Positions 31,035-40,561 of a stretch of DNA of 64,000 nucleotides are shown here, one piece after another (within the stretch, counting starts at the first letter, position 1; every line of letters begins with the position of its first letter). The stretch spans positions 1 to 64,000 of IMG/VR virus record IMGVR_UViG_3300028569_000021, one strand, 5' to 3'. The position numbers and the translations under genes were made by a program. The stretch is from a virus. The notes below the pieces were generated by a model. That model had not been told where the DNA came from. It saw nothing but the letters and a program-made list of their open reading frames with translations, and did no database searches.

Positions 31035-31210
31035 CTTTGTTTTAATTCTTCTACTTTAACTATACCTTTACGGATAAAAATTCCAGAAACTGGATCAATC
31101 CAATGTGCCTCTGTAATTATTCTATGACGATCTCTAATAGTTACAATTTTTGGCTCTATATATTGCCCGCTAATAGGGCTAATTATTCTCTTTGGAGTTA
31201 CAGTTTCCAT
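31031..31210 (-). CDS. Small 59-aa hypothetical protein missing from the ORF track
   Basis: Manual translation: METVTPKRIISPISGQYIEPKIVTIRDRHRIITEAHWIDPVSGIFIRKGIVKVEELKQS*. It fills the gap between the 31179 ORF and primase. Confidence 0.7.
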   Translation of the reverse strand: METVTPKRIISPISGQYIEPKIVTIRDRHRIITEAHWIDPVSGIFIRKGIVKVEELKQS

Positions 31211-31493
31211 TTATATTATTTATACTTTTATACTCGTTTTCTACTACACAAAAGACTTTTTTAGGCAACCTCTCAATAAAATCTATTATACCTCCTTGTA
31301 TCCCTGTTTTAAAAGATTCAGCTGGTACCTGTCTTACAATTTTATCAGGCAGGGAAAAAAAATAATGTATACTGTCTTTACTTTCAAGAAAAATAAAGTA
31401 TTCACCTGAATATGTACCTTTTAAAACGCAATAAATATTACCTGCTTCTAGGAAACTATGTTTTTTAGATAAAGTTTTTAAAAATTTTAACAT
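31179..31493 (-). CDS. Hypothetical protein
   Basis: 104-aa ORF in a same-strand run. Confidence 0.55.
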   Translation of the reverse strand: MLKFLKTLSKKHSFLEAGNIYCVLKGTYSGEYFIFLESKDSIHYFFSLPDKIVRQVPAESFKTGIQGGIIDFIERLPKKVFCVVENEYKSINNINGNCNSKENN

Positions 31494-32328
31494 CTCTCTC
31501 TATTGACTCGTACGAATTTGGCAAAGATAAATTAAGACTTTCTATTTTTTTTGTACTAAGCGTGCAGTTGCTTCTTTTTGCCTTAGTATTAAGCATAGAT
31601 GTTTCAATAAAATTCCAATTTTTGTTCTCTATACAGTTTTGCTTCATTATATCAACAACTTCTTTTGATGTTATAGGAGATTTATTAACTACATTATATA
31701 TACCACCGGGTATATCTCTTAAAATAAATAAAAATCTAAACAAAAAATTATTTAAATCTGTCACACTTGTAACACTGTTCTTTTCACTAATAAGATTATC
31801 ATAATTTAATATTTTTGTAAGATAATTTTTAGAAACGTTTTTAAATGTAAAAGGTATTCTTATCCTCAATATATATACACAGTAATTATCTAAAAGAATT
31901 TCACTTGCGTGTTTACATTTACTGTAAAAACTGCTATCATTAGAATATAATCCAAAGTTTGGCTCGTCTTCCTCTGTGTAATCTTTATCTTGTCCATTAT
32001 ATATACAGCCGCTACCAACTTGAAGTACGGGCAATTTAAAGTCATTAGATACTTTAACTATATTAGTAGTATCTATTACGTTTCTCTTCCAGCACTCCTG
32101 TTTATTAATCTCACACCCATCAACATTCGGTGTGCCTGTATAGCCTGAAGTATTAATAACACAATGAAATCTCTTTGAATTATTATCTAAAAATTCAGCT
32201 AGTTTTTCTGTATTAGTATAATCAAGCATAGATTTCGAATAAATTTCATATTCAAGATCCACTTCATTAAAAAAACTAGATAAATTACTACCAATAAAAC
32301 CCTTACCTAATACTAATACCGTTTTCAT
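31465..32328 (-). CDS. NDP-4-keto-6-deoxyhexose reductase/epimerase-reductase (RmlD / NRS-ER-like)
   Basis: Rossmann motif 'VLGKGFIG'; 'GYTGTPNVDGCE', 'SGCIY', SDR YxxxK 'FYSKCK', 'LRIRIP'. Confidence 0.85.
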   Translation of the reverse strand: MKTVLVLGKGFIGSNLSSFFNEVDLEYEIYSKSMLDYTNTEKLAEFLDNNSKRFHCVINTSGYTGTPNVDGCEINKQECWKRNVIDTTNIVKVSNDFKLPVLQVGSGCIYNGQDKDYTEEDEPNFGLYSNDSSFYSKCKHASEILLDNYCVYILRIRIPFTFKNVSKNYLTKILNYDNLISEKNSVTSVTDLNNFLFRFLFILRDIPGGIYNVVNKSPITSKEVVDIMKQNCIENKNWNFIETSMLNTKAKRSNCTLSTKKIESLNLSLPNSYESIERDVKIFKNFI

Positions 32329-32654
32329 TCAAAAGAATTATTATTAAAAATAAATTTGTTAATAGCTGTTGAGATAGCATCAGCTTCTAGCTGAGATGAA
32401 GCTTGAATAATATTAACAGGTTGTCCTTTAACATCATATCCAATAAGCATAAAGGGACCTAGGTATTCAGAAATATAACCTGATAATCTATTAACTAAAT
32501 CCTCCCTACTCTTAATAAAAGTTGCCTGTTTAAAAACATACTCTCTCATGGCACTCTCAAGTAATTCTTCTATTTGTGCGCGTTCTGGAGAATTTAGTTT
32601 TTTATCCATTTTACTTTTCTGCTGTTTCCTGGGCTTGTTCGGTTCCTCGTTCAT
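32325..32654 (-). CDS. Hypothetical protein
   Basis: 109-aa ORF with operon-like overlaps. Confidence 0.6.
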   Translation of the reverse strand: MNEEPNKPRKQQKSKMDKKLNSPERAQIEELLESAMREYVFKQATFIKSREDLVNRLSGYISEYLGPFMLIGYDVKGQPVNIIQASSQLEADAISTAINKFIFNNNSFE

Positions 32655-33012
32655 TAATATCTTCCTTTCTTCTTACAGGTGACATGTAATATGGTGATGT
32701 CTTTGCATCATTGTTTACTCCATGTCTAATTAGATAGCTAATAACAACCTCAATGCTTTCTGTTTTTAAGATAAAATTTTTAGGAAATCTAACGCCACCG
32801 TCATTGACTTCAAACATTACATCACCGTTAAAATTCTTATTACTAAAACAAGTTACAAACGTGGAAGACTTACCTGGGTCAACTAATATAGTCCATCTTC
32901 TTGGATCTTGAATACTATAGCCGTTAAAAAGTTTTAAGACAATAAATCCGTTATCTCTTAATCTTTTACAAAAATAGGCCGGTGTTTTGATGGAATTTTT
33001 TGGTTTTTTCAT
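32611..33012 (-). CDS. Hypothetical protein
   Basis: 133-aa ORF; ATGA overlap with the clamp gene. Confidence 0.6.
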   Translation of the reverse strand: MKKPKNSIKTPAYFCKRLRDNGFIVLKLFNGYSIQDPRRWTILVDPGKSSTFVTCFSNKNFNGDVMFEVNDGGVRFPKNFILKTESIEVVISYLIRHGVNNDAKTSPYYMSPVRRKEDINERGTEQAQETAEK

Positions 33013-33740
33013 TTTGTAAGTGCAGAGACGATGTATTTAGACTTAACTGTATTATTTTCAAATACAAAAAGTATAACCCCTAATTTAGAAGATATTTTGC
33101 AGCTCAATGTATTAAATTTACTTGAACTCAGGGTACGAAAAATTTCAAAATTTAAACAAAGATCTTTAATTTCTTTGCCTTGAAAATTATCAGAAACGTT
33201 AATTTCAAAACAATCAATATTAAATTTTGTTTTATCAGTTAAATTACCTTTCAATAAATTACCGGTAGAAGTAATGTAAATTTTATTAGAATCTGATGAG
33301 AAAGTACTACCTTTTATAAGGTCATTAAGAGCCCTGTCTGTAACAGTAAAAGTACAATCAAATTCTAGGTCCTCTAGCTTTTGAACGTTAATTTTTGGTT
33401 GTGTAATGATACCGTCTTCGAAAAGATGATACTTAAATTGAATGTTATTGTCAGAGTAATTAATATTATTATTCTTAATATTAAACACTATATCTTCTTC
33501 GTCAATACAATCAAAAGCTCTAATAAGCTTTTTTATATCTCCTACATTCAAGGTAAGTGTATCTACACAATCTTCTGTCTTAATATTTAACTGAGTTGCT
33601 AAGATAATTGAACTATCAGGTGAGCATGTTACGCAACTGATAAAATTGCTACCTGCTTTAATTACCGCACTGTCAGAAATTTTACCAATTTGTTCAAGAA
33701 AGTTTCTCTTGAATTGTTGATTGTTAATAAAGATTCGCAT
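33009..33740 (-). CDS. gp45: DNA sliding clamp (gp45/PCNA-like)
   Basis: 243 aa with a repeated beta-alpha-beta clamp pattern and C-terminal 'KYIVSAL'; lies in the replication cluster. Confidence 0.7.
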   Translation of the reverse strand: MRIFINNQQFKRNFLEQIGKISDSAVIKAGSNFISCVTCSPDSSIILATQLNIKTEDCVDTLTLNVGDIKKLIRAFDCIDEEDIVFNIKNNNINYSDNNIQFKYHLFEDGIITQPKINVQKLEDLEFDCTFTVTDRALNDLIKGSTFSSDSNKIYITSTGNLLKGNLTDKTKFNIDCFEINVSDNFQGKEIKDLCLNFEIFRTLSSSKFNTLSCKISSKLGVILFVFENNTVKSKYIVSALTK

Positions 33741-33747
33741 GTATTAA

Positions 33748-34209
33748 TTAGTTTTTTTTTGTACTTAATTCTTTGTAAAGTAGGTCAATTTTTTCTTGTA
33801 AATTTTTAATATTTTTGTTTATATTTTTAAGTTCACATTGAAGATCTTCTGGTGTAATTTTTTTATAAAAATCAAACTCTAGTTGATTAGGATCGTAATT
33901 AACCGTTGCTTGAGATTGTTCAGACAGATTTGTAGATATATTAGTTACTGCATGCAATTGCGGTTGAGACAAGCCCTGTAGCACTGGCTGTTGAGTTACA
34001 ACAGGTGCTACAGGGGTAAAAGCAGTATTAAATTCATTAACCATTCTGTTGACATCAAGCCTTAGACCTGATACATTGCCACCACTACCTACAATATTTT
34101 TATCTATATCCTTCATCTCTGCAGTAGTCATACCTAACAACCTCAGAGCCATAATTCTAGGATCTGCAGGAAGGGTTTCTACTTCAAGAGGGTCAATGCT
34201 TTGATTCAT
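33748..34209 (-). CDS. Hypothetical protein with C-terminal coiled coil
   Basis: 153 aa; contains 'QLEFDF', a clamp-binding-like motif. Confidence 0.6.
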   Translation of the reverse strand: MNQSIDPLEVETLPADPRIMALRLLGMTTAEMKDIDKNIVGSGGNVSGLRLDVNRMVNEFNTAFTPVAPVVTQQPVLQGLSQPQLHAVTNISTNLSEQSQATVNYDPNQLEFDFYKKITPEDLQCELKNINKNIKNLQEKIDLLYKELSTKKN

Positions 34210-34217
34210 ATTATTTC

Positions 34218-35102
34218 TTAAAGATCATCAAAACCGTTAAGCAGTTCATTAATTTTATTTTCATCAATAAAGCTATCCACACTGCTCGAATCATCCTTAA
34301 CTTCATTCTTAATTACTGGCTTAGGTGTATCTACTACAGCAGAAACTTGAGATCTTACTTCCGGAGTACTACTTGACTTAAGGGAAGAGCTATTAGTACA
34401 ATAAAAATGCTCATCGAGAAGAGCTTGAATTTCATCAAAACTCTTAACAGCAAGTACTGCAGTGAGGTCATTAGTACTATCATATATGGTATTAATCTTA
34501 TCGTCAGTAAGTCCTTCAATAGCTTTAGGAAGTGAAAATTTACTACTTACGTAAGTTGGATATTCGCCTTGTTTTTCTGCCTTAATAATAAAGTTACACC
34601 CATTAGGAGACATATCAAAAATTCTTGGACCGAAATCTTCTGAGCCTTCCCCTTCCATTGCATCAACAATAATTTTATGAAGCTGCTTACCGTAACGAAT
34701 AATCATAATCTTATTTTCGTTTTCTGAATTACTAGGATCTTTTACGATATAAGCATTGACAAGCCACTTCTCACTACGCATTACCGAAGATGCACGACTC
34801 TTGAGGTCTTCGGTCTCACTATCATTACGCATAATGCGATATTTTGCCTCTAACACAGGGTCTCTTTCACCGAAAGTAGAAGGACTAACGTAGCTAATAT
34901 ACTGACCAGTAGAAAATGAAGTCCAACCTACCGAATAGTAGTGAAAGAAGGACTTATCTGGGGTTTTAATATTAGGTAGGAGCCTAACTGTGTAGTTATT
35001 ACCTGGGGTAAGCTTAAGAATATCCTTATAGGATGAGTTCTGAGTATTTTTTTGAAGTGCGCTTTTAATGCTTTCAAACATCGATGGTGTGAATTTATTC
35101 AT
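34218..35102 (-). CDS. gp32: Single-stranded DNA-binding protein
   Basis: 'VRLLP', 'NAYIVKDPSNSENENK...RYGKQL', 'GCNFIIK...YPTYVSSKF'; acidic tail ending FDDL. Confidence 0.9.
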   Translation of the reverse strand: MNKFTPSMFESIKSALQKNTQNSSYKDILKLTPGNNYTVRLLPNIKTPDKSFFHYYSVGWTSFSTGQYISYVSPSTFGERDPVLEAKYRIMRNDSETEDLKSRASSVMRSEKWLVNAYIVKDPSNSENENKIMIIRYGKQLHKIIVDAMEGEGSEDFGPRIFDMSPNGCNFIIKAEKQGEYPTYVSSKFSLPKAIEGLTDDKINTIYDSTNDLTAVLAVKSFDEIQALLDEHFYCTNSSSLKSSSTPEVRSQVSAVVDTPKPVIKNEVKDDSSSVDSFIDENKINELLNGFDDL

Positions 35103-35108
35103 ATAATT

Positions 35109-35136
35109 AATGTATAGTATTTTTGTTAATAATCAA
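35109..35136 (-). promoter_or_regulatory. Sigma70-like promoter of gp32
   Basis: TTGATT-N16-TACATT-N6-ATG. Confidence 0.6.
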
Positions 35137-35795
35137 GTTGTTTTTTGTTGTATTTTTTGTTCTATTATTTTTAATCCTGTTATTGCTATATTTTTTGTTG
35201 TTTTTGATGAGTAAAATTTTGTTCTAAAAAATGAAATTCTTGAAGCTAAATCGTTTAAAATAAACTTTAGAATGGAATAATCAATACTAGAATAAACTTT
35301 ATCAAATTCTTTAAATGGAAATAAGTTGTATATGGATATGTTTTTTTCTTTTAAATGTACTACAAAACTATTAACATTTGCACCTGGTTCCTTATATTTT
35401 AAGTAATCAGATAAATTAATTTGTTTAGTAATGCAAAATTTTTTAATAAAATTGATACCTCTAAGAACTGCTTCTTGTTGAACCTCGCAATCAGGTTCTA
35501 AATTCTTTTTTTTATCACAGAATAAATTATATACCTTTACTGCCGTCATGGAGTTATAAAAATCCAAGTCATAAAATCCTTCTTCCTCATATACTTCATA
35601 TGGAGCTGTAAAATAATCTTCTACATTTACAATATAATTACGGTCAAAAAAGCTTTTTAATTTAATTAAAAGATTATAATGTTTATGATTTTCAAAGTCT
35701 TCCCAATTAGATCTAAGCTTATAAGGCTTATCCTGCTTTTTTCTGGATATTCTCAAAAAGGTATTGTAAAGTTCCTGTATATTAGTATCTCTCAT
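35133..35795 (-). CDS. Hypothetical protein, possibly helicase loader (gp59-like)
   Basis: 220 aa, basic and aromatic-rich, immediately upstream of gp32 as gene 59 is in T4. Evidence is mostly positional. Confidence 0.35.
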   Translation of the reverse strand: MRDTNIQELYNTFLRISRKKQDKPYKLRSNWEDFENHKHYNLLIKLKSFFDRNYIVNVEDYFTAPYEVYEEEGFYDLDFYNSMTAVKVYNLFCDKKKNLEPDCEVQQEAVLRGINFIKKFCITKQINLSDYLKYKEPGANVNSFVVHLKEKNISIYNLFPFKEFDKVYSSIDYSILKFILNDLASRISFFRTKFYSSKTTKNIAITGLKIIEQKIQQKTT

Positions 35796-36070
35796 TTAAA
35801 AACACTCTTACCTTTTAGGTTATTAAGATATTTCATTATATACTTACTTTTGTAAAGTACAGGGTCAAATTCAAGAAATATTTTTATAGCTTCAAAATCA
35901 GTATATATAGAGAGTAGTTCTTTAAAAAAATCTCTAACTTTTTTATTCTGTAGATACAGAAGTAGAATGTTAGCTGTATTAAATTTTTTATTTCTAGTGA
36001 GACACATATAGCTACAAAACACTCTAAAGAGATGATTGTTTTCTCTATATTCTAATTCTTTATTAATCAT
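35792..36070 (-). CDS. Hypothetical protein
   Basis: 92-aa ORF with ATGA overlaps on both sides. Confidence 0.55.
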   Translation of the reverse strand: MINKELEYRENNHLFRVFCSYMCLTRNKKFNTANILLLYLQNKKVRDFFKELLSIYTDFEAIKIFLEFDPVLYKSKYIMKYLNNLKGKSVFK

Positions 36071-36972
36071 ATAAATCTATCCATTTGGTTAAGGAGTTTA
36101 CTAAATTCAAGAAACTCTTGAGTTATCAGACCGCCTGCTGCAGCCTCATGTCCTCCGCCCTTGCATATTCTTGAAGCCAGTTTACTTACATCAATAATAC
36201 TGTCCTTGCTTCTTCTAAAACTTACAGTCTCAGTCCTCGGATTAACTATAATTCCGACCTCACTCTTTGTTAAATTTAAAATTTCATAAGCAAATTCGTT
36301 AATGCAAAAATCGGCCATAACAGAGCAAACCTTAACTTCCCTTTTACCAAAAGTTATACCTGCAGAGTAAATTGGAGTTATTTCTAAATGCTTTTTGATC
36401 TTATTTTTGTAAAACAATATTATTTTATGTTCATCATTAGTAAAGGGTATAAATCCGTTATAATATTTTTCGGCAAATTTTTCTAATCGATTACCCTGAA
36501 GGTTCCAAAAAAGGGTATTTAAACCTACAGAGAGGTCTTTATTTTTTAAAGTATAGCTATCATAATCATGCCCTATAGAAACTAATAATTTTTTATTTTG
36601 ATCTAGATCTCTATTATATTTTTCTTTTAATTTTTTATATAAAAACTTGCATGCGCTACCTTCATTCTCTATGAATACTTTTGCATGTTTAAATTGATAG
36701 GTACAATTAATGCTGCCTAGATGATGATCAAAAATAGTTATATTTGGTTTATCATATAATTCAGGTGTTCTAGAAATATCAATATCTAAAATATAAACTC
36801 TACTATAATTATTAATATCATTATTATTTAAAAATTGTTCAAGGTCTTTCTTTAAATTTTTTTCTGTGGTAACTGTAACATTTAATTTTTTTTCCATGAA
36901 CCAGCACGATGTTAAATAGCATACTGCACCATCTAAATCTGCGTCAGTGAAGACATGTATTCCTTTACTCAT
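36067..36972 (-). CDS. DHH/DHHA1 family phosphoesterase
   Basis: Motifs DADLDG, ILD, FDHH, SFR and GGGH..AAG. Confidence 0.9.
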   Translation of the reverse strand: MSKGIHVFTDADLDGAVCYLTSCWFMEKKLNVTVTTEKNLKKDLEQFLNNNDINNYSRVYILDIDISRTPELYDKPNITIFDHHLGSINCTYQFKHAKVFIENEGSACKFLYKKLKEKYNRDLDQNKKLLVSIGHDYDSYTLKNKDLSVGLNTLFWNLQGNRLEKFAEKYYNGFIPFTNDEHKIILFYKNKIKKHLEITPIYSAGITFGKREVKVCSVMADFCINEFAYEILNLTKSEVGIIVNPRTETVSFRRSKDSIIDVSKLASRICKGGGHEAAAGGLITQEFLEFSKLLNQMDRFI

Positions 36973-36996
36973 TACCGTACTTAGTTTATAATATTG

Positions 36997-38322
36997 TTAA
37001 TCAACTAATTGACTAATGGACCTTGAGAAGTCCAATGTTTCTGCTGTACCTGTAATAATATCGTCTTCATTAATAGTAAGAGTGTGATAATCAATTCTAA
37101 GAGGTATAAAACCATGATTAGGTCCAAATCTATTCTTAACTATACCTAGATTTACTATACCTAACTCCTTATCCTCATCTCTTTGCCATATGCTAAAAAT
37201 AGCATCTGCAGTTGCTGCTAATCCAGTACTTTCAGATATAGTTTCTAGACCCGGTTGATCCATTCCGTATCCTGATCTATTAATTTGTGTTGCGCTAATT
37301 ACAGGACAATTAAATTCATAACTCATAGCTCTAACTTTTTCGGAAATATTTTTAATTCGTTCATAACTATTATTACCAACAGGGGAGTTAAGCAGATTAA
37401 TATAATCCAATACAATAGCATCAGGTCTAAAGCCAGACTGTACAATCTTTTTAATAAAAGCACTTACTTGACCTGGGCTAATTGTTGAGGGTGGAAATTC
37501 TTTAATGAGTACTGCAGACTTTTTATCTTTTTCTCTCGTCTCAATAAGAAGTTGCTTAAGAGTCTGACTATCTGCTCTTAGATTACTCATAGGGATTTTA
37601 GTAATAGAAGAAGCCAAGCGCTTTGCATACATTATTTCAGACATCTCAAAGGTGAGTAGCAATACTTTCTTACCTTTGAGTGCAATATTGGTAGCAATAT
37701 TACCTAAAAATATACTCTTACCTACATTTGTTTCACCCATAAACAAATACAGAGACCTACCATTCTCAAAAAACCCCCCTCCTAGCTTTTCATCGAGCCA
37801 CTTCCAGCCAGAAGAAATAACAGGTTCGTCCCTATTAAGTTCTTTAATAAAATAATCTACATCATGAAGCAGATTAGTACCTTGGCTTGTTGATAGATCG
37901 ATATTAACAGCTTTTTCTATTTTCTGCAGAAGCTTATTAGTATCTAAGTTTTTTGAATCTAACTTATCAGCTGCTTCTAAGAGAGTATTAAAAACATGCC
38001 TCTCTTTCAAGAAAACTTCCGTATTACTATATAGCTCTTCTTTATTAAATCTTTTGTCTATATCTACTAATTTAGACAGTACGGTTTTAAAACTTTGCTT
38101 TAGATTATCATCGCTTAAATATGCTTTAATTTCAGTATTGGTAGGTAAACATCCCCTATCTTTAAAGAAATCAGTAAGAATACTAATGACAGACTTAATA
38201 TCTTTGTTTTTAAATATAGCAGGTGTAATATAATCACATACACTTGAAATATACGAACTATCTACAAGACAATTGTAGAAGATGATATGCTCATAAAGCT
38301 CTTGATCTATTTGTTTTTCCAC
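36997..38322 (-). CDS. gp41: Replicative DNA helicase (DnaB-like)
   Basis: Walker A GETNVGKS, 'TFEMSE', 'IKEFP', 'VLDYINL', 'SATQINR' and 'KNRFG'. Confidence 0.95.
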   Translation of the reverse strand: MEKQIDQELYEHIIFYNCLVDSSYISSVCDYITPAIFKNKDIKSVISILTDFFKDRGCLPTNTEIKAYLSDDNLKQSFKTVLSKLVDIDKRFNKEELYSNTEVFLKERHVFNTLLEAADKLDSKNLDTNKLLQKIEKAVNIDLSTSQGTNLLHDVDYFIKELNRDEPVISSGWKWLDEKLGGGFFENGRSLYLFMGETNVGKSIFLGNIATNIALKGKKVLLLTFEMSEIMYAKRLASSITKIPMSNLRADSQTLKQLLIETREKDKKSAVLIKEFPPSTISPGQVSAFIKKIVQSGFRPDAIVLDYINLLNSPVGNNSYERIKNISEKVRAMSYEFNCPVISATQINRSGYGMDQPGLETISESTGLAATADAIFSIWQRDEDKELGIVNLGIVKNRFGPNHGFIPLRIDYHTLTINEDDIITGTAETLDFSRSISQLVD

Positions 38323-38981
38323 TTTTTAATAAAATTATCGTTACTGACATTCCAACTCGAGTTAAAATCCTTTAAACCAGGTGATTTATGGTTTATAAGA
38401 ATTGGCCACACACCTATTTTAAGTGAACTTTTGTTACATTGCAAGCTAAAGTCAATATCATAGTGATGAAATTTAAAATCTTCATCAAATTTAATATTAG
38501 AGTCAATAATCTTCTGTAAATTTATAGCCATAAAAACCCCGTCTATAATAGCCACTCTTGATGGGGTAGGGCCAAAGGAAGTAACATAGAAAGAGTCACT
38601 TGCTTCATCTATAGGATGACCTGCAATACCTCTAAAGTTTTTTTTATCCCCTGCCATCCAGTGCCATAGATTCCTTTCTATAATTTTTGGATTTACACAA
38701 CCTGCAACTCCTAAGACATCATAAGTTTTTAAACCTTGCTCTACTTGAGAAAATACATCATTATTGATAATTTGAACATCATCATGACAAAATATTAATG
38801 TGTTTATTTTAGGCTGTTCTTTGTATTTTTCTATGCACTCATTATAGAATTGACTCAGTCCTTTCTTACCATCATTATGTTGTTCAAAGCAAATATTACA
38901 TATATTATTTTTTAAAGTAGATTTGTAAAGAATAGTATCAAAGAAATTATTTTTTGTAATGCTACAAATTACTGTATTCAT
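38307..38981 (-). CDS. GT-A fold glycosyltransferase (GT2-like)
   Basis: 'YNECI...IFCHDDV', 'GVAG', 'IDGVFMA', 'FDEDFKFHHYDIDFS' and 'HKSPG'. Confidence 0.8.
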   Translation of the reverse strand: MNTVICSITKNNFFDTILYKSTLKNNICNICFEQHNDGKKGLSQFYNECIEKYKEQPKINTLIFCHDDVQIINNDVFSQVEQGLKTYDVLGVAGCVNPKIIERNLWHWMAGDKKNFRGIAGHPIDEASDSFYVTSFGPTPSRVAIIDGVFMAINLQKIIDSNIKFDEDFKFHHYDIDFSLQCNKSSLKIGVWPILINHKSPGLKDFNSSWNVSNDNFIKKWKNK

Positions 38982-38987
38982 ACAAAT

Positions 38988-39015
38988 ATTATATACTAAA
39001 CCATAAATAATTCAA
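38988..39015. promoter_or_regulatory. Interlocked divergent promoters: early (-) TTGAAT-N16-TATAAT and late (+) TAAATA
   Basis: Minus strand: -35 at 39010-39015, -10 at 38988-38993, ATG 6 nt on (38981). Plus strand: TAAATA at 39004-39009, ATG at 39016. Confidence 0.75.
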
Positions 39016-39891
39016 ATGAATAATGACATCCATAAAATTTTCGAAACTTATAGTAGACATAGGAACAATTTACTTAATGAAAACGTTCCCGTAGAAATAG
39101 AAGGAGGATATGGTGGCACAGGAGAAGAAGTAACTGCAGAATTTCCTGAATTATCTAAAGGTAAATATGATCTTTCTCCTGATGAAACAAAAGCTGTTTT
39201 TAGTAAGTTTTTTCAAAAATTTAGAAGTATGGGTGGAAGATCTCCAAAATTATATAAGGATTTTTATGAGATGGAGATAGGACCTGTAATAAGAGAAGTC
39301 AAGCCTTCCATTAATAATACAAATGCAAAGTATTCTTCAAGGGTTTTATACAATGCGTTGAAGGCTGCTAAAGTTTTAAGAGATGAAAGAGACGGTTTAA
39401 CATCAGGTGTAAAGTTAGAGAAAAAGCCTTCACCTGCTGGTGTTGAGAAACTAGCAGAATATACCTTTAAAAAAGCAGGTGAGTTAGGTAATACGGAAGA
39501 AGAGGAAACTGAAGGTATTACAGGACAGCAAGGCGAAGGTATCGATGATCCCGCAATGAAGCGCTTTTGGATTAAAATTCTTGATGAAGGTGACTATACA
39601 AGAGATGAATTAATAAGAATGTATATTGAAGATAATCCTGATGTGGATGATAATGATGCAAAAATGTCTATATCTTCTCTTATAAGCACAGGTTACTTAG
39701 TTAAATCCGGTACTAACCAGTTTAAAGCTGCAGACCCTGAGGAACAGTCGGATGAGAGAGAGGCTAAAGAAGGTGAAGGTACTGGTGAAATTACTTCAGG
39801 TTATGAAGATGAAGATGTCGCAGACATGGATAAGGATGAATGGGGCGGGGTTCATGTAGGTGGATGGCGCGGTGAAGGAGATATGAATTAA
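39016..39891 (+). CDS. Acidic late protein, possible C-terminal winged helix; candidate internal protein
   Basis: MNNDIHKIFETY...LLNEN; 'YTRDELI...ISSLISTGYLVK' is wHTH-like. Confidence 0.6.
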   Translation: MNNDIHKIFETYSRHRNNLLNENVPVEIEGGYGGTGEEVTAEFPELSKGKYDLSPDETKAVFSKFFQKFRSMGGRSPKLYKDFYEMEIGPVIREVKPSINNTNAKYSSRVLYNALKAAKVLRDERDGLTSGVKLEKKPSPAGVEKLAEYTFKKAGELGNTEEEETEGITGQQGEGIDDPAMKRFWIKILDEGDYTRDELIRMYIEDNPDVDDNDAKMSISSLISTGYLVKSGTNQFKAADPEEQSDEREAKEGEGTGEITSGYEDEDVADMDKDEWGGVHVGGWRGEGDMN

Positions 39892-40556
39892 ATAGTAAAA
39901 AACGGACTATCACATTCAAAGTCTGCAACTGCTGTAATACCTTCAGAAGTTACTTGAAAAAGTACACCTTCATCTAAACTCGATAGACCCTTATCCTGTA
40001 CTGAACTAAAAGTATTCTCATACACATCAGCGAATAAAGTGACCCCGCATTTTGCTAAAAAGGAATTACCTGTATTAGCATTAAACATCCATAAACCGAA
40101 AGTACCTTTTAGTAACTGAAGACAGTTAACAATAACATCAATTTCTGTATTTCTAGAACTAAATGTCTGCGTAGCATATAAAATATAAGGTATTATGCTG
40201 GTATCTACAGGGTTATTATAAGGCATCTCAAATTGATTGACAAGCTCTTTAAAATTTGTGAGTACTCCATTGTGAGCAACAACCCAATTCTCAACAATAA
40301 AGGGGTGTGTAGTATTAATATCAAATTTTCTTTGCGATGAAGTAGGTGCTTGAGCGTGACCCATATATAGATCAAATTTTTTCTTCTTAGGAAATCTATA
40401 CTGAGTCTTAATAACGTTCTGCATAGGTACTTTATGTATTTCAAAGCCGTCTCTATCAACAAATAAAGTACTGTGAGCAAAGTCACCTCTTTTAAGATTA
40501 AGCTTTTGTAAGTTTAAGTATTTTTCTCTTTTATTTGATCCAAATATCCCACACAT
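39888..40556 (-). CDS. Stand-alone class II (Ntn) glutamine amidotransferase
   Basis: N-terminal nucleophile MCGIFG; 'GHAQAPT', 'HPF', 'AHNG' and 'VDT'. Confidence 0.9.
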   Translation of the reverse strand: MCGIFGSNKREKYLNLQKLNLKRGDFAHSTLFVDRDGFEIHKVPMQNVIKTQYRFPKKKKFDLYMGHAQAPTSSQRKFDINTTHPFIVENWVVAHNGVLTNFKELVNQFEMPYNNPVDTSIIPYILYATQTFSSRNTEIDVIVNCLQLLKGTFGLWMFNANTGNSFLAKCGVTLFADVYENTFSSVQDKGLSSLDEGVLFQVTSEGITAVADFECDSPFFTI

Positions 40557-40561
40557 TTTAA

